A DNA stretch of 64,000 nt, from NCBI GenBank assembly GCA_963779755.1, contig CAVZZO010000003.1, positions 192,001-256,000 on the forward strand, given 5' to 3'. Shown one piece after another: positions 19,758 to 28,996 of this stretch. Under the pieces are notes generated by a model. That model searched no databases. It worked only from the letters and a program-made list of their open reading frames with translations, and was not told where the DNA came from. This stretch comes from an uncultured Gemmatimonadales bacterium. Lineage in GTDB: Bacteria > Gemmatimonadota > Gemmatimonadetes > Gemmatimonadales > GWC2-71-9. The stretch's first letter is position 1, and the number at the start of each line of letters is the position of its first letter. The position numbers and the translations under genes were made by a program.

Positions 19758-20900
19758 CTACAGATTCGGCCGCACGGTGACACCCAGCGACAGGATCCAG
19801 ACCGATTCCTTCAGCGTGCTGGATCGCCGCCAGGTGCGCTCCAGCGTGGCGTCGAGGCCGCCGCGCCCCTTGGCGAAGCGGATGCCGCTGCCGATGCTGG
19901 CGCCGAACTCGTACGGCTGATCGCCCGGAGTGAGCAGGAAGGGCAACTGTGTGTAGTGCAGCCCGGCGCGGAGCGGCTTCTGTCCCGGCTGGTCCGGATC
20001 GGGCATGTATTCCAGCCCGACGCCCGCCTCCAACGTATTCTTCGCCCCCACCCCGCCCTGCTCGATCAGATCGCTGTTGGCGGCGGACCAGGTCCGGTAG
20101 GTGGCGGCGGCCACCGCCATGAGCTTCGGGCTGGCCAGATAGCGCAGGCCCGCGCCGAAGGCGTAGGGCAGATCGGTGTTGCCCACCCGGACCGAGTCGC
20201 GGTCCACCCCCGCCTGATCGTCGCTGCGCACCGTGATCGCCAGGCTCAGACGTTTGCTCACCTGCTGCCCCAGGCCCAGCGAGAAGCCGACGCCGCCGTA
20301 GGACAGCTCGGTGCGCTGGCTGGTGAACTGGTAGGTCGTGTCGGGAAAGGAGGTGGCCAGGCGCAGGCGGTTCACGCCGGTCAGCACGTGCACCGCACCG
20401 CCCACCACCGTTCGGTCATCCAGCCGGTAGCTGGCGGCGAAGCGCAGATCGTTGATCCCCCCGTGGGAGACCAGCGTATCGTTGAGCGCCAACGGCTGGC
20501 CGCGAACCAGGGCGGTATCGATCGAGGCCAGGCTGAAGTTGCGGTCGGCGTAGGAGGTGTAGCTCAGGCCCAGCGCGAAGCGGGTACCCTTGAGAGGGCC
20601 GGCAACCACGAAGAGCGGAAAGCGGGTGTCCCGCTGGCTGGCGCTGCCGGCGGCGCCGCTGCTGTGCCGCCATTCGGGCATCAGGGTGAACGACGCCACC
20701 ATGGACTGCAGCTGCTGCAGCGCGGCGGGATTCTCCGCCGAGAGCCCGTCGAACAGGCCGAAGGCCCCGCCCAGCGCCTGCGCCCGGGGCGAGTCGCCGC
20801 GGCCGGGGTAGCCCAGTCCGCGCGCACCGAAAGTCGAGCTTTGCGCCGCCGCGGGCAGGGCCCAGCAGCAGACGAGGCCGATCAGAAAGAGAGCGCGCAC
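19758..20900 (-). CDS. Outer-membrane protein, FadL/OmpP1-like barrel
   Basis: Signal peptide, RAQALGG and ENPAAL N-terminal hatch-like motifs, many beta-strands. Confidence 0.65.
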   Translation of the reverse strand: MRALFLIGLVCCWALPAAAQSSTFGARGLGYPGRGDSPRAQALGGAFGLFDGLSAENPAALQQLQSMVASFTLMPEWRHSSGAAGSASQRDTRFPLFVVAGPLKGTRFALGLSYTSYADRNFSLASIDTALVRGQPLALNDTLVSHGGINDLRFAASYRLDDRTVVGGAVHVLTGVNRLRLATSFPDTTYQFTSQRTELSYGGVGFSLGLGQQVSKRLSLAITVRSDDQAGVDRDSVRVGNTDLPYAFGAGLRYLASPKLMAVAAATYRTWSAANSDLIEQGGVGAKNTLEAGVGLEYMPDPDQPGQKPLRAGLHYTQLPFLLTPGDQPYEFGASIGSGIRFAKGRGGLDATLERTWRRSSTLKESVWILSLGVTVRPNL

Positions 20901-22103
20901 TTACGGCCTCTCGAACGGGAAGGAAAGCGTGTAGCTGATTTGCAGACGCGGGTGCCCCGCGGGGGAGCGCGACGAATAAAATACCGGACGGCTGAAGCTG
21001 GCCGCCTCGGGCCGGAGGGAGAGCACCAGCAGCTCGGGGGTGCCGCTCGAACCCTGCCAGCTCTTCACCAGCGAGGTCACGTCGATCGCCACCGAGTCGC
21101 TGGTGCCGGGCGGGACCGGCGCGGCCGATTCCAGCTGGAAGTACAGGGGCGACTTGCGCCCCAGATCGCCCAGCACATCGCGGGCGACCACCAGGGCCGT
21201 GTCGCCCGGCAGACCGCCGATGGCCTGGACCGGGGTCACCACCAGGGTGACCCGCACCAGCCGGGCCGAATCGTCCAGCAGGGGCGGCAAATTGAACCGC
21301 AGGAACGCCCGGGACGAAGGCACCCCGCCGACGGTGAGCAGGTCGGGGTCCGGGGCGACCGCGTTCTGTTCCACGAACGAGTTGAACGACGGTACCCGGC
21401 TGATGGTCTGATGCTGGAGCGAGGTGTCGGCCAGGTTGGCCTTGACGTAGCGCACGAACAACGGCCCCGACCCGCCCGCCAGGCTCCCCAGCCGCACGCC
21501 GGTCGGTTGAGGTGCCTCGAGGACCAGCGCCAGCGCCAGCTTCCCGCTGTCCGCCGGCGGAATGGCAATCCGGTTGAGCGCGGAATCGGAAAGCACCAGC
21601 CGGATCTGCCCCGTGACGAGACTGTCCGGTACCGTCAGCGTGTCCACCAGGTTTGCCGGCACCAGGGCCGAGGCCGCCGCGGCGTAGCTGGTCGTCGAAT
21701 CGGTGCTGACGGGGAGCCGGTAGAGCAGGAAGCGCAGGCCGCCGATCGTGGTGTCGCGTGCGTTGACCGTAAAGGTGACGGCCGCCGAATCCACCGTGTA
21801 GGTGCGGTTGGTATCGGAAACCAGCAGGCTGTCGGGCATGGGCAGAAAACGGACCAGCGGGAGGATCGTATCGCCCTGCAGACCGTTACTCGCCAGCAGC
21901 GAGACCCCCACCCCGGTGGAGACATACCCGGCATAGGAGCTGTCCCCGCCGGGAACCGGGGAGATCACCGTATCGTAGACCACCGGCTGCCCGCCGGGGC
22001 ACAACTGCGGGCAGTCGGCCGGAGCCGTGAGCTTCTCCTGGCAGCCTGCCGCCGCCGCGCCGGCCGCGAGCAGGGCCGCTCCCCGCCACATCCATTGCCT
22101 CAT
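20901..22103 (-). CDS. Hypothetical lipoprotein
   Basis: Lipobox AAGC followed by CPQLC; beta-rich; abuts the barrel gene. Confidence 0.75.
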   Translation of the reverse strand: MRQWMWRGAALLAAGAAAAGCQEKLTAPADCPQLCPGGQPVVYDTVISPVPGGDSSYAGYVSTGVGVSLLASNGLQGDTILPLVRFLPMPDSLLVSDTNRTYTVDSAAVTFTVNARDTTIGGLRFLLYRLPVSTDSTTSYAAAASALVPANLVDTLTVPDSLVTGQIRLVLSDSALNRIAIPPADSGKLALALVLEAPQPTGVRLGSLAGGSGPLFVRYVKANLADTSLQHQTISRVPSFNSFVEQNAVAPDPDLLTVGGVPSSRAFLRFNLPPLLDDSARLVRVTLVVTPVQAIGGLPGDTALVVARDVLGDLGRKSPLYFQLESAAPVPPGTSDSVAIDVTSLVKSWQGSSGTPELLVLSLRPEAASFSRPVFYSSRSPAGHPRLQISYTLSFPFERP

Positions 22104-22108
22104 GCGAA

Positions 22109-22522
22109 TCACGTTTCTTCCGCCGGCGCTTTCCGGCCGGACAGGGAGTCCGGGCCGAACGCATCCGGCAAGAGGTCGTTCAGAGTCCAGGTGCGACTGC
22201 CCCGCGGCCCTACCGCCACTACGGTGAGCGCCGGCGCAAACTCCGCCAGCACCTGCCGGCAGGCACCGCACGGGGCCGCCGGCGGGTCGGCATCGGTGAC
22301 AATGACGATGCGGCGGAAGCGCCGCGCGCCCGCCGCCACCGCCGCGCCCACCGCCACGCGTTCCGCGCAGTTCACCAGCCCGTAGGAGGCGTTCTCCACG
22401 TTGCAGCCGGCGAACACCCGGCCGTCGTCCGCCTCCAGGGCAGCCCCAACCCGGAATCGGGAATAGGGCGCGTACGCCCGGGCCTGGGCGGCACGGGCGG
22501 CGTCCAGCAGGGAATCAGTCAT
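22109..22522 (-). CDS. cdd: Cytidine deaminase
   Basis: [32 protein letters not shown]. Confidence 0.96.
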   Translation of the reverse strand: MTDSLLDAARAAQARAYAPYSRFRVGAALEADDGRVFAGCNVENASYGLVNCAERVAVGAAVAAGARRFRRIVIVTDADPPAAPCGACRQVLAEFAPALTVVAVGPRGSRTWTLNDLLPDAFGPDSLSGRKAPAEET

Positions 22523-23684
22523 GCCAGAGATCGCCCAGGAAGGAGGTACCCGCCTCGAGCGGCTCCACCCCGAGAAATTCCGCCACCGTCTGCCCCAGGT
22601 CCGCAAAGGTGGCGCGGGTTCCCAGCGCGCGCGGCGCGACCCGCGGCCCCAGCACCAGCACCGGCACCCGTTCCCGCGAGTGATCCGTTGACGGCGTGGT
22701 CGGGTCGTTGCCGTGGTCGGCGGTAATAATAACGAGGTCTTCGGGCCGCAACGCGCTGCGCAATTCGGGAATCCAGGCATCGAGCTCCAGCAACCCCGAT
22801 GCGAAGCCTTCGACGTCGTTGCGATGCCCCCAGCTCTGGTCGAACTCGATCACGTTCGCCAGCAGGAACCCACGCCGCATGGAATGGAGCGCGCCGCCAA
22901 TGAGCCCATACGCCTCGCGGTTGGTGGGGGTGTGAACGCTGGCGATGCCCCGTCCGGCGAAGAGATCGTCCACCTTGCCCACGCCAAGGCGGGGGATGTG
23001 CCGGTCGGCCAGGCGGTCCAGCAGCGTCGGCGCCGGAGGCGCCAGGCTGAAATCCTTTCGTCGCGGCGTCCGCTGCCACGCGCCCGGCTCCCCCACAAAA
23101 GGACGGGCGATCACCCGCGAGACCCCCACCTCGCCCTGCAGCATCGCGCGGGCCGTGGCACAGGCGGCGTACAACTCCTCCAGCGGCACCACCCGTTCGT
23201 GCGCCGCCACCTGAAAGACGCTGTCGGCCGAGGTATAGACGATCCAACTCCCGGTCCGGACATGCTCCGCGCCCAGCTCGTCCAGAATGACGGTCCCGCT
23301 GGCCGCCTTGTTTCCCAGGACCCCGCGGCCGGTGCGGGCGCTGAACTCCGCCAGTACCTCCTCCGGAAACCCGTGGGGGAAAGTGGGAAACGGCTCGGCC
23401 AGCACCAGACCGCAGATCTCCCAGTGGCCGGTGGTGCTGTCCTTCCCCTGGCTCGCCGGCTCGCACATCCCCCATGCGGCCGCCGGTGCGTCTACCGCGG
23501 CCACGCCCGCCAGCGGGGCGATACACCCCAGCCCCAGCGCCTGCAGGTGGGGCAGCTGGAGCGTCCGGCGGGCCCGCAGCACGTTGCCCAGCGTATCGCT
23601 GCCGGTGTCGCCGTAGCGGCCGGCATCGTGCGCCTCCCCGATACCGACACCGTCCAGCACAATGATCGCTGCCCGGCGGCTCAC
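22515..23684 (-). CDS. deoB: Phosphopentomutase
   Basis: [41 protein letters not shown]. Confidence 0.97.
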   Translation of the reverse strand: MSRRAAIIVLDGVGIGEAHDAGRYGDTGSDTLGNVLRARRTLQLPHLQALGLGCIAPLAGVAAVDAPAAAWGMCEPASQGKDSTTGHWEICGLVLAEPFPTFPHGFPEEVLAEFSARTGRGVLGNKAASGTVILDELGAEHVRTGSWIVYTSADSVFQVAAHERVVPLEELYAACATARAMLQGEVGVSRVIARPFVGEPGAWQRTPRRKDFSLAPPAPTLLDRLADRHIPRLGVGKVDDLFAGRGIASVHTPTNREAYGLIGGALHSMRRGFLLANVIEFDQSWGHRNDVEGFASGLLELDAWIPELRSALRPEDLVIITADHGNDPTTPSTDHSRERVPVLVLGPRVAPRALGTRATFADLGQTVAEFLGVEPLEAGTSFLGDLWHD

Positions 23685-23917
23685 CGGCCGCCGCCCTTCA
23701 CGAAGGCGACCCGCAGCGACGTGAGCGTCTGGGTCAGGAGCTGCTGTTCGTCCGGCTCCAGGTTACCGGCGGTCTTCTGTTCCAGCATCCCGAGCGTATC
23801 GATCAGCATCCGGCCGATATCGCGCGGATCGCCGGCGCCTTCGGGGACCTGCCCCGACAGCGCGGCCTCCGCCTGGTGCGACAACCCGGCCACCAGAGTG
23901 AGGAAGTGCGGGTTCAT
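23681..23917 (-). CDS. DUF1844-like small protein
   Basis: IDTLGMLEQKTAGNLEPDEQQLL pattern. Confidence 0.75.
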   Translation of the reverse strand: MNPHFLTLVAGLSHQAEAALSGQVPEGAGDPRDIGRMLIDTLGMLEQKTAGNLEPDEQQLLTQTLTSLRVAFVKGGGR

Positions 23918-24990
23918 ACCGGCTCCAGGTAGTGGCGGGTGACCCGCCGTCCCATCGAGGTCAGCAGTTCGTAGGCGATGGTGCCCGCCGCCTCGGCCTG
24001 CCGGTCCAGCGACACCCGGCCCCCGAAGAGCGTTGCCACGTCGCCCGGGGCCGCCGGAGCGTGCGCGGCCACCGTGATCATATCCATCGTGACGCGCCCG
24101 ACGATCGGCGCCAGCTCACCGTTCAGCTCCACCACACTGCGGTTGCTGAGCGAGCGCGGAACGCCGTCGGCGTAGCCTGCCGCGATGGTAACCACGGTCG
24201 TTTCCCGCTCGGCGCGCCAGGTGGCGCCGTAGCTCACCGTTTCCCCGGGCCGGACCCGCCGCGACGCCACCACCCGGGCACGAAAGGCGACCACCGGCTC
24301 CGGGTCGTGCCCGTCCACCGCGCCGCCGTAGAGAAAGATGCCCGGGCGGACCAGATCGGCGGCATAGGCCGTCCCCTGCAGCGCCGCCGCGCTGTTGGCG
24401 GCATGCACCAGCAGCGGCCGCGCCGGCAGCGCGGCCAGGACCGTGGCGAACCGGCGCCACTGTTCCTCCACACCGGCGCCCTCATCGGCCGAGTGGAAGT
24501 GGGTGAAGATCCCTTCCCAGCCGGGGCAGTCCGGAAGATTCCGGCCCAGCGCCTCGAGACGGTCGCGGTCGGTCCAGCGGAATCCGGCCCGGCTCATCCC
24601 GGTGTCGATCTCGATGTGGAAGGGACGCTGCCCCTGGGCGGTCCAGGCACGGAGCGCCGCGAGATCGCCGATCACCGGGCGAAGATCGCCGGCGAGGCAC
24701 GCCTCCACCTGGGAGGGGAGCATCGGGGTGAATACCACCACCGGCCGGGTGATTCCCGCCTGCCGCAGCTCGAGACCTTCGTCGGGAGTCGCCACACCAT
24801 AGCCCCACGGCTCCAACTGCTCCAGCGCCCGCGCCGCCGCGATGGCGCCGATACCGTAGCCGTTGGCTTTCACCATGGGGAGGAGACGGGTGCCGGAAGT
24901 GGCCTGCACGGTGCGCGCGTTCGCCACCAGAGCGGCCAGCCGGATATCGGCCCAGGCGCGGGCCGCCGAAGGGAAGTTTGACGCGGTCAC
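23914..24990 (-). CDS. alr: Alanine racemase
   Basis: MVKANGYG PLP lysine, DTGMSR, HAANSA, VRPGIFLYG, GRVTMD. Confidence 0.97.
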   Translation of the reverse strand: MTASNFPSAARAWADIRLAALVANARTVQATSGTRLLPMVKANGYGIGAIAAARALEQLEPWGYGVATPDEGLELRQAGITRPVVVFTPMLPSQVEACLAGDLRPVIGDLAALRAWTAQGQRPFHIEIDTGMSRAGFRWTDRDRLEALGRNLPDCPGWEGIFTHFHSADEGAGVEEQWRRFATVLAALPARPLLVHAANSAAALQGTAYAADLVRPGIFLYGGAVDGHDPEPVVAFRARVVASRRVRPGETVSYGATWRAERETTVVTIAAGYADGVPRSLSNRSVVELNGELAPIVGRVTMDMITVAAHAPAAPGDVATLFGGRVSLDRQAEAAGTIAYELLTSMGRRVTRHYLEPV

Positions 24991-24994
24991 AGGC

Positions 24995-25013
24995 GGCGGG
25001 TATCATACCCGCC
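24995..25013. promoter_or_regulatory. Perfect palindrome GGCGGGTAT-C-ATACCCGCC in the alr/mazG divergent spacer
   Basis: 9 bp arms, 1 nt centre; contains TATCAT (+) and TATGAT (-). Function is inferred. Confidence 0.55.
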
Positions 25014-25024
25014 ACGGAGGATAA

Positions 25025-25816
25025 ATGCAAGACAATTCAGCGCTTGGACGCGCACTGGCGGTGGTCCTCGACCTCCGCGCCCGCTGCCCCTGGGACCGGG
25101 CCCAGACCCGCGAGACCCTGCGGCCGTATCTGGTGGAAGAGACGCTCGAACTGGACGCCGCGCTCCGCGACGGCGATCAGGCGCGGATCCGCGACGAAAC
25201 CGCCGATCTGCTGCTGCATCTGGCCTGGCAGTTGGTGATCGGGGAGGAACAGGGAGAGTTCACCCCCGGCGAGATCGCCACCGACCTGGAGCAGAAGATG
25301 CGCCGGCGGCATCCCCACCTCTACCAGCTGGGGCCGCCGGAGCCCTGGGAACGGCTCAAGCAACGGGAAGGCCGGGCGCACCTGTTCGAGGGTCTGCCGC
25401 CTACCCTGCCGTCGCTGCTCATGGCCTACCGGCTGCAGCAGCGCGCGGCCGCCGTCGGATTCGACTGGCCCGATACCGCGGGCCCCAGCGCCAAGGTCCG
25501 GGAGGAACTGGCGGAGGTCGAGCGGGAGCTGGCCCAGCCGGGGGCGATCCGCGCCTCCGGCCCGGAACCGCAGGCGCCCCCGATGCCCAGCGAGGCGCTG
25601 GTGGATGAAATCGGCGACCTGCTCTTCGCCGTCGTCAATCTGGCCCGGAAGGCCCAGGTCCAGCCGGGGCCGGCGCTGGACCGCGCCAATGCCAAGTTCC
25701 GCGCCCGTTTTCAGGCAGTCGAGGCCCTGGCACGTGAGAAAGCACTTGAGGTCGAGACGGCGGGACTTGAGAAACTGGATGAGCTGTGGAACGCGGTGAA
25801 GCGCGAGGAATCGTAA
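25025..25816 (+). CDS. mazG: Nucleoside triphosphate pyrophosphohydrolase MazG
   Basis: CPWDRAQT, EETLE, KMRRRHPH, GFDWP, EIGDLLFAVVN; GGAGG SD. Confidence 0.96.
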   Translation: MQDNSALGRALAVVLDLRARCPWDRAQTRETLRPYLVEETLELDAALRDGDQARIRDETADLLLHLAWQLVIGEEQGEFTPGEIATDLEQKMRRRHPHLYQLGPPEPWERLKQREGRAHLFEGLPPTLPSLLMAYRLQQRAAAVGFDWPDTAGPSAKVREELAEVERELAQPGAIRASGPEPQAPPMPSEALVDEIGDLLFAVVNLARKAQVQPGPALDRANAKFRARFQAVEALAREKALEVETAGLEKLDELWNAVKREES

Positions 25817-25876
25817 GGCGTGAGGCGTGAGGCGTGCCGGAAAAGCCGCCTTGCGCCTTACGTCTCACGCCTTACG
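25812..25876. repeat. Inverted pair of tandem 7-mer arrays, (CGTRAGG)n ... (CCTYACG)n
   Basis: cgtaagg cgtgagg cgtgagg cgtg | ccttgcg ccttacg tctcacg ccttacg; outermost units contain the mazG and asnS TAA stops. Confidence 0.9.
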
Positions 25877-27167
25877 GATAGAGCCGGTGGATCTGCCTCG
25901 GAAACGCGATGGTCTCCCGGATGTGGGGTACGCCGCAGATCCAGGCGACGGTGCGCTCAACACCCAGGCCGAAGCCCGCATGCACGAAGGTGCCGTATTT
26001 GCGCAGGTCCAGATACCAGCGGTAGGACTCGGGATCGAGCCCCTGCTCCCTGATCCGCGCCAGGAGCCGGTCGTAATCGTCCTCCCGCTGTGAGCCGCCG
26101 ATGATCTCGCCGTAGCCTTCCGGCGCCAGGCAGTCGTTGTTCAGCACCGTCCGCGGGTCGTCGGGATTCTCCTTCATATAGAAGGCCTTGACCTCGCGGG
26201 GATAGTTGAAGACGAACACGGGCCGGTCGTACTGCTGGGCCAGCAGCGTTTCGTCGTCGCCTCCCAGGTCCCTGCCCCAGGTCAGATCGGAGCCCAGCTC
26301 GTTCAGCCTGGTGATGGCATCGGTGTAGGAGATCCGGGGGAACGGCGGCTGGATCCGCTCCAGCGGAGCGAGATCGCGCTCCAGCAGGGCCAGCTCCTCG
26401 CGGCGCCGCTCCAGCGCCCGGCCCACGATGTAACTGATGAAGCGCTCCTGGAGCCGCATGTTGGCATCGGAATCGTTCCAGGCCACCTCCGGCTCCACCA
26501 TCCAGAATTCGGTCAGATGCCGGCGGGTCTTGGATTTCTCGGCCCGGAAGGTGGGGCCGAAGCAGTACACCTTCCCCAGGGCGGCGGCGGCGGCCTCCAC
26601 ATAGAGCTGCCCGGTCTGGGCCAGGTAGGCCTTGCCCAGGTCGAAATAATCGGTGCTGAAGAGATTCCCCGCCTCCTCGCCGATGGAGCCGGTGAGGATG
26701 GGAGTGTCTACCAGGGTGAACCCTTCCTGATAGAAGAAGTCCCGGATGGCCTGCACCACCTCATGGCGGACCCGCGCGATGGCCACCTGGCGCCGGTTTC
26801 GCAGCCAGAGGTGTCTATGTTCAAAGAGGAAAGTCGTCCCATGCTCTTTAGGGGAGATGGGATAATCCACACTGGGCCCCAGCACCCGCAGATCGCTCAA
26901 CCCCAGCTCATGGCCGCCGGGCGAGCGGGCATCGGCCCGGACGGTGCCGGTGGCGGCCACGCTGGTTTCCTGGGTCAGTCCGCCCAACGCTTCCCAGACC
27001 GCTTCCGGCACGTCCCGCCGCGAGGACACGGTCTGGACCGTCCCGCTGCCGTCGCGCAGCACGGTGAAACTGACCTTGCCGCTGGAACGGGTCGTCACGA
27101 CCCACCCGTGCACCGTCACGGTCTGGCCCACATATTGAGAAAGCTGGTCTATCTGAACGGACGTCAT
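25872..27167 (-). CDS. asnS: Asparagine--tRNA ligase
   Basis: N-terminal OB fold, YLAQTGQLY, FRAEKSKTRRHLTEFWM, GEIIGGSQRE, GFGLGVER. Confidence 0.96.
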   Translation of the reverse strand: MTSVQIDQLSQYVGQTVTVHGWVVTTRSSGKVSFTVLRDGSGTVQTVSSRRDVPEAVWEALGGLTQETSVAATGTVRADARSPGGHELGLSDLRVLGPSVDYPISPKEHGTTFLFEHRHLWLRNRRQVAIARVRHEVVQAIRDFFYQEGFTLVDTPILTGSIGEEAGNLFSTDYFDLGKAYLAQTGQLYVEAAAAALGKVYCFGPTFRAEKSKTRRHLTEFWMVEPEVAWNDSDANMRLQERFISYIVGRALERRREELALLERDLAPLERIQPPFPRISYTDAITRLNELGSDLTWGRDLGGDDETLLAQQYDRPVFVFNYPREVKAFYMKENPDDPRTVLNNDCLAPEGYGEIIGGSQREDDYDRLLARIREQGLDPESYRWYLDLRKYGTFVHAGFGLGVERTVAWICGVPHIRETIAFPRQIHRLYP

Positions 27168-28277
27168 GTGGTGACCGCGCCTGGGCAATGGTGGAAAGGC
27201 GGCTGGATACTACTCCTGCCGCTCGGGACCGTCAACGCGGCGTGCGGAGGCTACAAGGCCCCCGTGGCGAACGTGCGCACGGCGCCCGTGGCCGCCCCGC
27301 AGCCGGTGGAGGGCACCCCCTTCCGCCAGCTCTGGGTCGAACACGCCGGCCGCGGCCTCACCGGAACGGCGGCACGGAACGATACCATCCTGCTGGTCGG
27401 CGGGTCCGACCGGCGAGTGGTCGCCCTGGACCTGCGGAGCGGCGTCCAGCGCTGGGCCTCCCGGCTGCAGGGGCCCGTCTCCCGGGGCGTGCTGCTGGTG
27501 GGCGATACGGTCTATGCCGGCACCGAGCGGCCCGACGGCCAGGTGTATGCACTGGACCTGGGCCGCGGGAGCAAACTCTGGGATACCAAGACCGGGTATG
27601 TCAGCAGCCCCCTCGCACTGGCGGCGGGCGCGCTGGTGGTGCAGACCCGCGGCGGCGTCACCGTAGCGCTCGACCCCCGGACCGGCGCAGTGCGCTGGCG
27701 GCGTCACACGGGCGTGGGACGCGCTCCTGCCCTCACCGCCGACTCCACCATCCTCGTCACTACACTCGACAGCCTCTTCCGGCTCAACCCGAAGAGCGGG
27801 CGGATCGAAGCCCGCCGAGCTACCCCCGGTGCCATTCTCGGCGGGTGGACCCGCTGGAACGATCTGCTGCTCTCGGGCAGCACCGATTCCCTGCTGGTGG
27901 CAGTCGACCCGTCCGATCTCCAGGTGCGTTGGCGGGTGCCGCTCGATTCGCCCGTGCTGGACCCTCCGGCCGTGCGCGGCGACACCGCCTGGGTGGTAAC
28001 CCGGACGGGCACGGTCTACCGCATTCCCCTCACTCCGGCGGCACCGGAAGCCGAGCGGCTGCTGGCGCTGGAATGGCCGGCCACCTCGGCGCCGGTGCTG
28101 CTGCGCGGCTGGCTGGTGCTGGGCGGCGCCGACGGACTCCTCTGGGGCGTGAGCGACACCGGCCAACTGGCCTGGCAGTTCCGGATCACCGGCCCTCTCG
28201 ACCTGACACCGTTGACCCTCCCCGACGGCCTGGTGGCCATCGGCGGGCACGGCGATATCCACCGTTACGCCCTGTGA
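27168..28277 (+). CDS. PQQ-like beta-propeller repeat protein (BamB-like), probable lipoprotein; start uncertain
   Basis: Repeated ALD..SG...W blades; hydrophobic stretch ending NAAC; candidate GTG at 27168/27171. Confidence 0.8.
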   Translation: MVTAPGQWWKGGWILLLPLGTVNAACGGYKAPVANVRTAPVAAPQPVEGTPFRQLWVEHAGRGLTGTAARNDTILLVGGSDRRVVALDLRSGVQRWASRLQGPVSRGVLLVGDTVYAGTERPDGQVYALDLGRGSKLWDTKTGYVSSPLALAAGALVVQTRGGVTVALDPRTGAVRWRRHTGVGRAPALTADSTILVTTLDSLFRLNPKSGRIEARRATPGAILGGWTRWNDLLLSGSTDSLLVAVDPSDLQVRWRVPLDSPVLDPPAVRGDTAWVVTRTGTVYRIPLTPAAPEAERLLALEWPATSAPVLLRGWLVLGGADGLLWGVSDTGQLAWQFRITGPLDLTPLTLPDGLVAIGGHGDIHRYAL

Positions 28278-28744
28278 AGCGTTCCGCCCTGCTCTGCCTG
28301 CTCCTGTTCGCCGTGCTGCGGCCGGCGGCGGCCCAGTCGGTGCCCCAGCATTCCCACACACCGGCCGTGGTCAAGTACGGGAAATGGGGGCTGCTTACCG
28401 CGTCGGTCGCGATGAACCTGCTGGCGGCCCGGGCGCACGACCGGGCCGACCGGGAGTTCTCCACCGTGCAGCGGATCTGCTCCGCGGACCCCAGCCGGTG
28501 CACCACTTTTCCCGACGGCCGCTACGCCGACCCGTCCCTGGAATCCATCTACCAGCAGACCTTGCGCTATGACCGGCAGAGCCGGAACTGGATCATTGCA
28601 GGCGAGACGGCCCTGGTCGGCTCCGCCGTGCTGTTCATCTGGGAATTCAGCCGGCCCAAGGGTCCGCCGGAGAACATCCCCTTCGAACCGAAGGTGAGCA
28701 ATTCGCGCTACGGCACCCAGGTCGGACTGACCTGGAAGTTCTGA
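28274..28744 (+). CDS. Hypothetical exported/membrane protein
   Basis: GTG overlapping upstream TGA, signal peptide AAAQ, two hydrophobic segments, C-terminal LTWKF. Confidence 0.7.
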   Translation: MKRSALLCLLLFAVLRPAAAQSVPQHSHTPAVVKYGKWGLLTASVAMNLLAARAHDRADREFSTVQRICSADPSRCTTFPDGRYADPSLESIYQQTLRYDRQSRNWIIAGETALVGSAVLFIWEFSRPKGPPENIPFEPKVSNSRYGTQVGLTWKF

Positions 28745-28996
28745 GCGGAGACGCGCTCCCCCCGGCTGCGCAGGATTGTCACCCTATTCTCGGCGCGCTG
28801 ATCGGTGGCCTCGGCCATGGCCTGACGCCTTCGCTGGAATCCGCAGCGAGGGGCATGGGCGACGACGAGCCGGCACCATGATGTCGGCCGCCGTCTGCCC
28901 GAACGAGCGGACTAGCTTCCGGGTATCTTGCGGCCGCGCCCGCCGCGGCTCCATCGCCCGACGGGGATGCGCCGGCGTACGGACGGCCCGATCAAC

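Noticed and set aside
25812..25876. CRISPR array interpretation of the short repeats
   Set aside because: Units are 7-9 bp, contiguous, without unique spacers, and no cas genes are present.
28745..28996. Structured ncRNA or small ORF (28776-29063) in the spacer
   Set aside because: No recognisable RNA motif, SD or protein similarity; an Infernal search would be needed.
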